This document shows, piece after piece, positions 38,801-48,237 of a stretch of DNA of 64,000 nucleotides. Numbering within the stretch: the stretch's first letter is position 1; each line of letters begins with the position of its first letter. Under the pieces are notes generated by a model. That model had not been told where the DNA came from. It did not search any database and saw only the letters and a program-made list of their open reading frames with translations. The DNA comes from an uncultured virus (IMG/VR IMGVR_UViG_3300034073_001408) (lineage: Duplodnaviria; Heunggongvirae; Uroviricota; Caudoviricetes), in the IMG/VR virus record IMGVR_UViG_3300034073_001408; one strand, given 5' to 3'. The position numbers were made by a program, and so were the translations under genes.

Positions 38801-39468
38801 AATACCTTTTACAGAAAGGTGATTTTATGATGAAGGAGAAACGAAGCATAAAAATGCTGAACCTCTCCTTTGATCTTGTTGCCTATGAAGATTTAGAAAA
38901 ATACACTGAACCATATGTTCCTGTCGGCACAGTTGAATTCACTAATCACTACTGCGCACTGAACAAAATCTCACTGCCCGAAAACATTTCATATCCACCT
39001 GAATTGACAAAATATCTTGGTAGAAATATTAGACAGGATATTTTTGAAAATGTCAAAGATGAAGAATTTGTAAAACCAATTCAAACTAAACTATTCACTG
39101 GTGCCATTAAGCGTGACCTCACTGAACGAGTAGAAAACAATACTAAAGTTTGGGTATCTGATCCAGTGGAATTTGCGGCTGAATATCGTTGCTATGTTAT
39201 TGATGGCAAAGTTGTAGCACATTCACGATATGATGATGGCGATGATGAGATACTTTTTGACTACTATGTAGTTGACGAGATGACGAAATCGTATTATAAT
39301 CAACCTATAGGCTACAGCATTGATGTAGGAGTAAGTAATGGGAAAACCGTTCTCGTGGAAGTCAATGATGGTTGGTCGCTTGGTTTATATCGTTGGGGTA
39401 ATATGACCGATTCTTTGTATGTTGAATTGATTAGCCGAAGATGGCAGCAGATTATGGAGACTCAATAA
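38797..39468 (+). CDS. ATP-grasp (R2K/DUF4343-like) protein
   Basis: PVGTVEF, FVKP..KLFTG, EYRCYV, IDVG..LVEVNDGWSLG. Confidence 0.8.
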   Translation: MKYLLQKGDFMMKEKRSIKMLNLSFDLVAYEDLEKYTEPYVPVGTVEFTNHYCALNKISLPENISYPPELTKYLGRNIRQDIFENVKDEEFVKPIQTKLFTGAIKRDLTERVENNTKVWVSDPVEFAAEYRCYVIDGKVVAHSRYDDGDDEILFDYYVVDEMTKSYYNQPIGYSIDVGVSNGKTVLVEVNDGWSLGLYRWGNMTDSLYVELISRRWQQIMETQ

Positions 39469-39469
39469 T

Positions 39470-39697
39470 ATGAACGAACGAATTCGAGAACTTGCTGAAC
39501 AGACTAATTGGTGGAAACCTCTTGGATTGCCAAGTAACTGGAACGAGGGTGATTATGTTGTTAGTCCAGAACAGATGAAAAAGTTTGCCGAGTTGATTGT
39601 AAAGGAAACCATGCGGGTTGTAGCAAATAATGTCGCATGGAATAGTTATCTAAATGCTGCGGAAGCAGTAATTGAACATTTCGGAGTGGAAGAATGA
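39470..39697 (+). CDS. MNERI-family small protein
   Basis: Conserved boxes. Confidence 0.8.
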   Translation: MNERIRELAEQTNWWKPLGLPSNWNEGDYVVSPEQMKKFAELIVKETMRVVANNVAWNSYLNAAEAVIEHFGVEE

Positions 39698-39924
39698 ACG
39701 AACGAATCCGTGAATTTGCCATACAATCTGGGATTCTTGATGTTGCCGATAGAAAGTATATGACTGATGCCGAAAAGTTCGCCGAATTGATTGTTCGGGA
39801 ATGTATCAATATCGCATGCGAGTATGATAAACCTAAACTGTCTGGACCAGGACTTGCAATTGCCCTCAATATTGAATCACATTTTGATATTTACATTGAA
39901 GAAGACGGTAGATTTGTAAAATGA
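39694..39924 (+). CDS. MNERI-family small protein
   Basis: N-terminal half identical in protein to 33434. Confidence 0.8.
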   Translation: MNERIREFAIQSGILDVADRKYMTDAEKFAELIVRECINIACEYDKPKLSGPGLAIALNIESHFDIYIEEDGRFVK

Positions 39925-40118
39925 ACTCACAAATAAAGACTATGTTAAGTAAAGGCTATTCACCAGCAGCAATTGCTATGGAGTGTGGCGGTCCTGTTGG
40001 TACCCAAGAATACTATAGTGTGCTTAACGAGTTAGATCCCAATCGTCCTATAGGATGCCCCTATTGTGGAGAACTTTGTTTTGGTACTGGTGATTGTAAT
40101 TGTAGGGATGATTAAACA

Positions 40119-40406
40119 ATGAACGAACTAATTAAAGAACTTGCTGAACAGGCTAATTGGTGGAAACCTCTTGGATTGCCAAGTGACTGGAACGAAGGCG
40201 ACTATGTTGTTAGCCCAGAACAGATGGAAAAGTTTGCCGAGTTGATCAAACAGGCAATCTATGATATAGTTAAGGAAGAACTTATTCCAGATGATATCAT
40301 TGCTGAAGAAACTCCTCAATTACAAGAATACCTTAAGGGCTGTAATGGTGGTACGGTAGACGCTCTATGTCATATTAAAAACTTTGGAGTTGATCGTGAT
40401 GAATGA
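40119..40406 (+). CDS. MNERI-family small protein
   Basis: N-terminal half nearly identical to 39470. Confidence 0.8.
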   Translation: MNELIKELAEQANWWKPLGLPSDWNEGDYVVSPEQMEKFAELIKQAIYDIVKEELIPDDIIAEETPQLQEYLKGCNGGTVDALCHIKNFGVDRDE

Positions 40407-40611
40407 ACGCATTAAAGAGTTAATAGCAGAGTGCCAGGAATACAGGCCGGGTTTTGATGGGCAAGAGGATTGGTACACCGTGTTTAACAAACAAAAGTTC
40501 GCCGAGTTGATTGTTCGGGAATGTGCCCATATTGCCGAAGTGAATCAAGCAGAAAACATGGGCTGGAATATTGGTGAGATTATCAAAGAACATTTCGGAG
40601 TTGAACAATGA
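40399..40611 (+). CDS. MNERI-family small protein
   Basis: Conserved boxes. Confidence 0.8.
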   Translation: MNERIKELIAECQEYRPGFDGQEDWYTVFNKQKFAELIVRECAHIAEVNQAENMGWNIGEIIKEHFGVEQ

Positions 40612-40768
40612 AAGAAATTAATATTGAGCAATACTATGACGGATGGTCAGTAAAAGTGGATGGCAAAAGTTTCTCGTGGAACCACAATGACGAAGACATG
40701 GGAACAGAATCTATCAAAGCACTATTAGATTATCTTGGGCATGATGTGGAAATTGAGGATTGTTATTA

Positions 40769-40975
40769 ATGACCGAACAAATTCGAACATTGGCTGAACA
40801 AGCAGGTATGAACAAAATGAACCAGCGTAGTGATGGTTTCTTTGTTGTGGATGAAAAGGTATTTGAAAAGTTCGCCCTGTTGATTGTCAAGGAAGTATTG
40901 GATGTAATTGATCGTGAAAGATTTGAAATATATCCGCCTGTATTACAACGGGTCCGAGAACATTTCGGAGGTTGA
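40769..40975 (+). CDS. MNERI-family small protein
   Basis: KFALLIVKE..EHFGG. Confidence 0.75.
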   Translation: MTEQIRTLAEQAGMNKMNQRSDGFFVVDEKVFEKFALLIVKEVLDVIDRERFEIYPPVLQRVREHFGG

Positions 40976-41230
40976 ATCGTGAGTAAAAACCTATTCATAT
41001 TCCACACCTACGAAAACGCAAAGCGAAAGTTCAAAGAGTTCTTGACATTACACGATCCAAATGCTATAGTAGCAAGCGTTAGTCCCCAACAACTAAAGAT
41101 TGAAATGAATGGAGATACTTACGAATTTACTTGGATAGGCGATGTTCCAAATAAGATTTTGGGAAGAACATTTACTGATATCGTTATCGATGAATATGCG
41201 ACGATATCTCCAGAACAATGGTCACTTATA

Positions 41231-41481
41231 CAATCACGCAAAAGGGCAGAATGATGAACGAACGAATTCAATCACTCTACAAGCAAGTTTGTGGCAAAGA
41301 GTGGGCTTATGACTTTGATATAGACAAGGCTGAACAGTTTGCTCTGCTGATTGTTCAAGAGTGTATCGGTATTGTAGACATCTTGCCTAATGGGTACAAG
41401 GACTATCGCAATACCGTTGAAAATGAATTTCGTGAAGATTGTATCAATACAATGAAGAAACATTTCGGAGTTGAATCGTGA
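41231..41481 (+). CDS. MNERI-family small protein
   Basis: Conserved boxes. Confidence 0.75.
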
Positions 41482-41630
41482 GTTTTAGAACAGCATACCA
41501 TAGCGTCAAGAGTGGGCGTGGAGCAAGTAAGCCACAAGGTTCCTTTCGTGATCCAACGCCTGAAGAATGGAAACGGCGTATGGACGAATACTATATTCAA
41601 CAACAGCGTAGAAAGAATGGCGGTTAAACA

Positions 41631-41858
41631 ATGAACGAAAGACTTCTAAACATTTGCAAGAAACTTGAGGCTGAGTCAAAGTTATACTGCGTTGATGGAA
41701 CTGAATTTGACTTGCAGAAAGACTCGCACAAATTTTTTGCTGAATTCTTCTACGAAGAGATTGTAAATGAGTGCGTTAATGTTATAATGAATAGCACAGA
41801 TAGGCATAGGAAAGAATACTTCGCTGGTCTGCTGAGAAAAGAACTAGGAGAAACTTGA
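41631..41858 (+). CDS. Divergent MNERI-family protein
   Basis: MNERL..FFAE..IVNEC. Confidence 0.6.
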   Translation: MNERLLNICKKLEAESKLYCVDGTEFDLQKDSHKFFAEFFYEEIVNECVNVIMNSTDRHRKEYFAGLLRKELGET

Positions 41859-42712
41859 TTGAAAGAACTGTTATGTTTAAGCTAAAAGAATACCACAAAG
41901 ATCAACATTGGAACCGCTATGCATTCAATGTGTCCAATCCATATGAATACTATGAGGGTCGCGATGGTGAACGCGGCACTAATTGGTGTATGCTAAACAT
42001 CGCCTTTGGTAAACACTCTTGGTGGTGGCAGATTCCCGAAATCTTCAAGCCACGCAAGAAGTGGGTAGATACCAGCAAATATGAGTGGTCAAAGAATCCT
42101 CGTGGTGGATATTGGGAACACATTCGCCGTGAGTACGGGTTCACTATCTCAGAAGATAACATCCATCTGCACTACGGCATTCAACCTGGATGCTGGTCTT
42201 CAAGAGACAAGAAGAACTCCGACCATACCAAGCTGTTTGGTATTCCTTGGTTGCAAAAGCGATACATCCATGAGAAGTTCTACACACCAGACTGGAGAGT
42301 ATTTGGTGTCTGCACGCCTCTGAAGAGTGGCGGACTGGACTTTGATTTGCTCCATAAGATCAAAGACATGGTTCCGAAGATCAAGTTTCGGTTCAATGAC
42401 TTTGACGGTGAAGAAATCATCGCCACTTGCTACATCAGCGAGATGCGGCACGAACACGGAACTAGTTGGTTCAAGTGGTTGAAATATTTCGTAAAGCCTC
42501 TAATTACTCGCCGACTTGATCTTGAGTTCAGCAAAGAGATTGGATACGAAAAAGGTAGCTGGAAGGGCGGCACTATGGGCCACTCTGTTGAGATTGAATA
42601 TGGAGAAGATCCAATGCAAGCATTCATTCGATATGGAACATCTGAAGATAGTTACAAGAATCATGGAACGAAGAATCGTGGATTCACTAACATTATGAGG
42701 ATTGAGTTATGA
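41855..42712 (+). CDS. Hypothetical protein (aromatic-rich)
   Basis: 285-aa ORF; AGGAG RBS. Confidence 0.7.
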   Translation: MIERTVMFKLKEYHKDQHWNRYAFNVSNPYEYYEGRDGERGTNWCMLNIAFGKHSWWWQIPEIFKPRKKWVDTSKYEWSKNPRGGYWEHIRREYGFTISEDNIHLHYGIQPGCWSSRDKKNSDHTKLFGIPWLQKRYIHEKFYTPDWRVFGVCTPLKSGGLDFDLLHKIKDMVPKIKFRFNDFDGEEIIATCYISEMRHEHGTSWFKWLKYFVKPLITRRLDLEFSKEIGYEKGSWKGGTMGHSVEIEYGEDPMQAFIRYGTSEDSYKNHGTKNRGFTNIMRIEL

Positions 42713-42899
42713 GCAGTGAAATATATGCATTCTGCGCTGGCATATTTGCTGGTGTAATGTTATTTGTTGGAGTGTCTTCTGCCATGTATGATAGAACATC
42801 ATTCTATAAGCAAGGGCAGATTGATGCGCTATCAGGTAAAGTTGTCTTTGAGCTAAAGAAGCAAGAAGATGGATCTACAAAATGGCAAAGGATTGAAAA

Positions 42900-43310
42900 A
42901 TGAGTCAAGTAGTAAGAGCAATTGAAGCGCACGATACGGGTAATCGTAAAGTTATCAGAGATGGGTTTTCTCCATTGTTTCAAGATGTCTTTAGTGTAAA
43001 ATCAGAAATTCGCGAAGATCCAATGCCCTTGGCTACGGAGTATCGTATCGGTGTGACTATTGGTTCTAAGGTGATGGTTGAACAATCGTCAATGCGTGAA
43101 CATCGTAATGAGTTGGTGCCGAACAATAAAAACTTCAACTGGGAACTTCATGAAGCAATCTTACGAACAAAGAGACAAGTTATTGAAGCAATCTTTGGTG
43201 AGTTTCGCACAGACTTCAAGATGATTGAACGTGCCCTCTATGATCGTGATTATCAGAAAGCACGAGATTATCTTCGTGTTTTTGAAGACAAAATGTATAA
43301 TGGAGTATAA
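42900..43310 (+). CDS. Hypothetical protein
   Basis: Coupled start. Confidence 0.6.
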   Translation: MSQVVRAIEAHDTGNRKVIRDGFSPLFQDVFSVKSEIREDPMPLATEYRIGVTIGSKVMVEQSSMREHRNELVPNNKNFNWELHEAILRTKRQVIEAIFGEFRTDFKMIERALYDRDYQKARDYLRVFEDKMYNGV

Positions 43311-43311
43311 T

Positions 43312-43833
43312 ATGAGTAACTACAAATTTCACGCTATCAACGAGTTCAAGGCTTGCGGCTGGACTGAAGACGGCGTAACATTCAAAGACGAAATGCAAGG
43401 AGCAATCTGCGCCCATGTTCTTGATCTACTAGATACATTTGCCAGTGAAGGACATTCGGGTAGCAGCGCACCGTATGCAATCAATCTGTTCAAGAAACTG
43501 GCGATGTTTGAGCCGCTTGCGCCGTTGACTGGTGAAGACTGGGAATGGAACGAAATCGCAGATGATCGTACTAACGGCGTGACAGTCTATCAGAACAATC
43601 GCCTGAGTTCAGTGTTCAAGCAATCTGATCGATTTGATGGTAAGCCTTACTGGCTAGATGCAAAAGTCTTTTGGAGCTGGGTGGCATATCCCGACGTTGA
43701 TGAAGGTAAGCCGTACAAAAGCTACTACACGAGTTATGCCTCCAGTCAAGTTATTGAGTTTCCGTGGATCAAGCCAGAACATCCAGAATATGTATTTGTG
43801 CCTACAGATGAATTTCCTAATGAGGTGTTATAA
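43312..43833 (+). CDS. Conserved phage hypothetical protein
   Basis: F..EGHSGSSA..PLAPLTGEDWEW..QNNR.S.VFK. Confidence 0.7.
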   Translation: MSNYKFHAINEFKACGWTEDGVTFKDEMQGAICAHVLDLLDTFASEGHSGSSAPYAINLFKKLAMFEPLAPLTGEDWEWNEIADDRTNGVTVYQNNRLSSVFKQSDRFDGKPYWLDAKVFWSWVAYPDVDEGKPYKSYYTSYASSQVIEFPWIKPEHPEYVFVPTDEFPNEVL

Positions 43834-44147
43834 TGAACGTAAGACGTAATTTTCTAAAGAACTTTGGTCTGCTGGGCGCCCTTGTTGGCGGTGCTGCATC
43901 AGCTAAGATTGTCATTGAAGAGCAAAAGAAGCCGGCAGAAGACATCAGTCATCTTGCGCCCGAGGATACAACTGCTTTCATTCTGCAAGGAAATCGAAAG
44001 CCGAGACCGCAAGAGTCACAATATCCGGGCGGATATTATATTGATTACTCACCAGAATATCAGAACAAAGTAAGTCTATCGGTCGGCAAAGATGATCGAC
44101 TGTGGATCAAAGTCGGTGATCAGTGGAAGCGAGTTTCAGTAGAGTAA
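43833..44147 (+). CDS. Protein with twin-arginine (Tat-like) N-terminus
   Basis: MNVRRNFLKNFGLLGALVGGAA. Confidence 0.6.
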   Translation: MNVRRNFLKNFGLLGALVGGAASAKIVIEEQKKPAEDISHLAPEDTTAFILQGNRKPRPQESQYPGGYYIDYSPEYQNKVSLSVGKDDRLWIKVGDQWKRVSVE

Positions 44148-44151
44148 TATC

Positions 44152-44496
44152 ATGAAAAACACATACACGCCCGACATCTGGCGAGTTGTCAGTGTCACTA
44201 ACGAAGCTGGAGAATCTCATCATCGTGTTCTCGCTGGATGGTACGGTGGATTTGCACATGGAGACTCATGGAAACTCTCCTCCGGCATCGAACAGATCAT
44301 CAACAAGAATACATACTGGGAGATGCCTCAGACAAGTGGTAGCGTCTATTTTTGCTACAAAGGCAACGAAAGACTGTCTAGCTATACACAAAGTGTTCTA
44401 AATAACTTGACACAGAACACAAAAGATGTTACCATAGAGATGGTAGAGATTGAAACACTTCTGGAGCAATACAAGCATGAGCGACAAACTGTCTGA
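44152..44496 (+). CDS. Conserved phage hypothetical protein
   Basis: YTPD.W..VLAGWYGG..GDSWKLSSGI..SGSVY.C. Confidence 0.7.
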   Translation: MKNTYTPDIWRVVSVTNEAGESHHRVLAGWYGGFAHGDSWKLSSGIEQIINKNTYWEMPQTSGSVYFCYKGNERLSSYTQSVLNNLTQNTKDVTIEMVEIETLLEQYKHERQTV

Positions 44497-44890
44497 TGAA
44501 GAAATCGAAAAGCGAAAAAGCGCACTAGACGCACTTCACGAGTTCGGTAATATGTTTCAAGATGCAATGGAGCAGATTGAGAAAGAAGAAGAATCCTGGT
44601 GGTCTTCTCTAACTGAAGATCAGCAGATTTCTGCACTTTGCTGCGTTTCTCGGCGCATTCACAAAGGAGACATTGAAGAAAATGGTTCATATCGCTATGT
44701 TCTCTATAATGTATTTGGTTTCGGTCCTGAAGCATACGCCCGTGCGCAGATGGCAGGATACCTTGCAATTCACAACGCAATCGTGACAGCCAGCACAGAA
44801 CGTGTTATACTAGAACGGTTCTGCAAGATGCATGGCATTGATAATGCAACAGAAAAGATTGACTCTTACATAGAGAAGACATACCTATGA
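44477..44890 (+). CDS. Hypothetical protein
   Basis: GSYRYVLYNVFGFGPEAY motif. Confidence 0.65.
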   Translation: MSDKLSDEEIEKRKSALDALHEFGNMFQDAMEQIEKEEESWWSSLTEDQQISALCCVSRRIHKGDIEENGSYRYVLYNVFGFGPEAYARAQMAGYLAIHNAIVTASTERVILERFCKMHGIDNATEKIDSYIEKTYL

Positions 44891-45092
44891 GATACTACTC
44901 TTACGATGAATACGTTGAAAACGGCGACACAACAATAACCGTTTCTGAAGATGAGATTCGTAAAGAGTTTTTTCCTTATTGGTATAAGAAAATGTGCATC
45001 AAGTATGAACAAGCATATGTCGATGAACATTATTGTTTTGAAGACTGCCTCGAAGACTGGATGATAATTCACTACGCACGAGAAGTAAAATC

Positions 45093-45692
45093 ATGAACAT
45101 CTTTTATCTGCATGAAGCCCCAAAAACCTGCGCACAAATGCACTGCGACAAACACGTGGTGAAGATGATTGTCGAATATGCCCAACTTCTTTCTACTGCC
45201 CATCGTATGCTTGATGGTCATCTCACTGTTGGTTTGTCTAAAACTGGCAGAAAACAAACGCGATATGTTCTTCCTGACAGCCGTGAATCTATTTTGTATC
45301 ATGCTACTCACGCTAATCATCCATCGACAAAGTGGGTGAGGGATTCTTACGAAAATTACGTTTGGCTCTATCGCATGTGGTTTTGTCTTCTTCGCGAATA
45401 CACGCATCGCTATGGCAAGATCCACAAATCACAAGCTCTTGCTGATGAACTATACGTTCCGCCAGGAAACCTTCAGCGTAAAGCGTTCGAACAACCTTGG
45501 CGCGCAATGCCCGACGAGTTCAAAGTTGGCAAAGACAGTCTTGCATCGTATCGTAACTACTACGTTGGCGCTAAAGCACGATTCGCGAAGTGGACCAAGC
45601 GTGAAACTCCAGCATGGTTCACAGAGATGCTACATACAAAAGACAGCACTCTAAACAACGAGGAGGTGAAAACACAATATGCCGAAGTATGA
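45093..45692 (+). CDS. Pyrimidine-dimer DNA glycosylase/endonuclease V family protein
   Basis: MNIFYL..HCDKHVVKMIVEYAQLLSTAHR..NHPS..EYTHRYGK.H. Confidence 0.75.
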   Translation: MNIFYLHEAPKTCAQMHCDKHVVKMIVEYAQLLSTAHRMLDGHLTVGLSKTGRKQTRYVLPDSRESILYHATHANHPSTKWVRDSYENYVWLYRMWFCLLREYTHRYGKIHKSQALADELYVPPGNLQRKAFEQPWRAMPDEFKVGKDSLASYRNYYVGAKARFAKWTKRETPAWFTEMLHTKDSTLNNEEVKTQYAEV

Positions 45693-45915
45693 CTTTAGAC
45701 ACAAAGAGACTGGTGAAATCTTAGAGAAGACACTTAGAATCAGTGAAAAACAAGAATGGTTAGATGCTAATCCCGAGTATGAAGCTGTGATTCTAGGTGC
45801 ACCGTCACTTGGTGATCCAGTCCGCTTGGGTTTACGCAAGCCAGATCAAGGATTCCGCGAAGTTTTGCAGAAAGCAAAAGCAGCGCATCCTCTGGGTAAC
45901 ATCAACACATTCTAA
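45679..45915 (+). CDS. FmdB-like small protein
   Basis: MPKYDF..GDPVRLG..KPDQGFREVL. Confidence 0.6.
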   Translation: MPKYDFRHKETGEILEKTLRISEKQEWLDANPEYEAVILGAPSLGDPVRLGLRKPDQGFREVLQKAKAAHPLGNINTF

Positions 45916-45923
45916 TAAATGTT

Positions 45924-46700
45924 ATGGCACGAAAAGCAGCAGCAAAAACATCAGACATACACGGAGAATCACACGAAAATCAACAGCGCGGGCAGACAAC
46001 AAACGCACTCAAGCTGAGAATTGACAATCTGAAAACTTTTGATCCACTCACAGACAATCAGAAGTTATTCTTTGAGTCATACAAGCGTGGAGATTACTTC
46101 ATCGCACTACACGGCGTAGCAGGCACAGGTAAAACATTCTGCGCACTCTACAAAGCACTAGAAGAAGTTCTAGACAAAGCAAATCCATTCAATAAGATCA
46201 TCGTAGTTCGCTCTGCGGTACAGTCACGAGAGATCGGTCACTTGCCTGGTGACGCATCTGAGAAGATGGAGATTTATCAACAGCCATACAGACAAATTTG
46301 TCATACACTCTTTGATCGCAAAGATGCATGGGATCGCTTAGAAGAGCAAGGGCACATTGAATTCATCTCAACATCATTCATTCGTGGCATGTCATTTGAC
46401 GACGCAATCATCATCGTGGACGAATGTCAGAATTGCAATTATCAAGAACTTCAAACTGTTATAACACGAGTTGGATATAGATCAAAAATCATATTCTGTG
46501 GAGATTACAGACAAACTGATTTGAATAGAAATAAGAACGATGTATCTGGAATAAAAAAATTCTTAGAAATAGCATCCACGATGAGTTCTCACACTAGAAT
46601 TGAATTTGGAATTGAAGACATTATCAGATCAAGTTTAGTTAGAGATTGGATTATCGCAGAAACTATGTATGATGATAAAGAGTATTTCAATAAAAAATGA
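45924..46700 (+). CDS. phoH: PhoH-like ATPase
   Basis: GVAGTGKT Walker A, IGHLPG, RGMSFD, DECQN and GDYRQ.D. Confidence 0.92.
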   Translation: MARKAAAKTSDIHGESHENQQRGQTTNALKLRIDNLKTFDPLTDNQKLFFESYKRGDYFIALHGVAGTGKTFCALYKALEEVLDKANPFNKIIVVRSAVQSREIGHLPGDASEKMEIYQQPYRQICHTLFDRKDAWDRLEEQGHIEFISTSFIRGMSFDDAIIIVDECQNCNYQELQTVITRVGYRSKIIFCGDYRQTDLNRNKNDVSGIKKFLEIASTMSSHTRIEFGIEDIIRSSLVRDWIIAETMYDDKEYFNKK

Positions 46701-46754
46701 TCTCATCAAAAGTTAGATTTTGATATATAGTAGTGTATAATAAAGGAGATTTTT

Positions 46755-47474
46755 ATGCACTACACAATATACGAAACAACAAATATCATAACTGGTAAAA
46801 AATACATTGGAAAACATGTAACCAAAGATATTGATGATGATTATTTGGGATCCGGAATGATCTTAGTCAAAGCAATAGAAAAGTATGGAAAAGAGAATTT
46901 TTATAAAAAAATACTATTTGTATTTGACAATGAACATGACATGAATCAAAAAGAAATAGAGTTGGTAAACGAAGATGTTGTAAATAGCAACGAGTATTAC
47001 AACATCGCATATGGTGGTCATGGCGGAAATATAGTATTACGCCATGACCACGAGCTATATGAATCAACAAGAAAAAAAATTTCAGAAGCTCAAAAGGCAA
47101 GATCATCTCATATGAGTGAGATAACTAAAGAAAATCACAAGTCTAAAAAAGTTGGAATGTATGGCAAATCTCAAAGTGAATATCAAAAAATGAGAGTTAG
47201 TGAGAGTATGAGAGGAAAGAAGAAGAAAAGAGAGTCTGTAGAGAAACAAATAAAATCTCTTTTAGAAAAACTCAATTCTCCTGACTATATACATCCAAAC
47301 AAAAATAAGAAGCGAACAGATGAGATGATAGAAAAAATGAGAGAGATAACAAAAAACAGACCTCGCAAAATTTGCCCACATTGTGGTAAAGACATGGATG
47401 AAAGAAATTATGCGAGATATCACGGTGAAAAATGCAAGTTGAAATACGAAGATCATGTACCTCACCCACAATAA
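46755..47474 (+). mobile_element. GIY-YIG (Seg-like) homing endonuclease
   Basis: TIYETTN..KYIGKH..YLGSG..YGKENF..YYNIAYGG; C-terminal CPHCGK; AT-rich. Confidence 0.88.
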
Positions 47475-48237
47475 TTTCAAGAAACTGAATGAAAAGATAA
47501 ACTCAAACGAGCACGTAAAGTCTTTCTTTCAGAATCTAAAAAATTATAAGTTTGATTTCATAGAAAATTCTGTGAAAGTAACTAAAGACAGAGTGTATAC
47601 TGATAGACATTTGATTGGTCAGAATAAATCTGATCATGCAAAAAATGATATGTTGACTGTATTGTCTAGAATAACTACAAATTCTAATCTAATACAGAAA
47701 TGCAAAAGTCAGTATTCACTCTGCGATAGATACGGATTTGCTATTGAAGTCGGCGATAAAGTAAATTACAGAATCTATTTTGAAACTGAAATGACTCCTT
47801 ACAGAAAAGAAGTTGTCGCAAAAGACGGAAGAGATAGAACTGTAACTATTACTGGATATAGATGGGACTCAGGAGAAGATCACAACTATGTGACAACAGA
47901 ATATAGTCATTTACTTGACATAAGCAAGAGTAATATAAAGAGCGAACTATCTAAGCTGGAATTGAAATATGTTCCAGCTTATTTTGACAAGCACGAGCTA
48001 CTGAGATTCTATACAGTAAAAGAAGACAAGACAAAGCGCAATTCACTGTGCTTTCAATTGAGAAATTTTACTGTAGATTCTTTGCGCGAAGAAATGACAA
48101 GTTTGAATAAAGATGCTACAATACACATTGACGAATACGGAAAAACAAAGACAAGCAACATCTCATACGGTATAGACAAAAACGGAAATCTATTCTACAC
48201 ACACTACTTCCTATTATATAATGCAGTTTACTCATAA
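47455..48237 (+). CDS. Hypothetical AT-rich protein
   Basis: 260-aa ORF. Confidence 0.6.
   Translation: MYLTHNNFKKLNEKINSNEHVKSFFQNLKNYKFDFIENSVKVTKDRVYTDRHLIGQNKSDHAKNDMLTVLSRITTNSNLIQKCKSQYSLCDRYGFAIEVGDKVNYRIYFETEMTPYRKEVVAKDGRDRTVTITGYRWDSGEDHNYVTTEYSHLLDISKSNIKSELSKLELKYVPAYFDKHELLRFYTVKEDKTKRNSLCFQLRNFTVDSLREEMTSLNKDATIHIDEYGKTKTSNISYGIDKNGNLFYTHYFLLYNAVYS

Larger units (their letters stand above)
29235..41858 (+). repeat. Dispersed paralog family MNERI..KFAELIVxEC..HFGVE (~14 genes)
   Basis: Members at 29235, 31260, 31496, 31747, 33213, 33434, 37512, 39470, 39694, 40119, 40399, 40769, 41231 and 41631; C-terminal box alone in 37748. Confidence 0.9.

Noticed and set aside
40979..41254. 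Terminase or helicase gene (GRTFTDIVIDE)
   Set aside because: Only 91 aa with no Walker A motif; at most a fragment
29235..41858. Diversity-generating retroelement behind the paralog family
   Set aside because: No reverse transcriptase in the window and no adenine-specific TR/VR pattern; variation is block-wise
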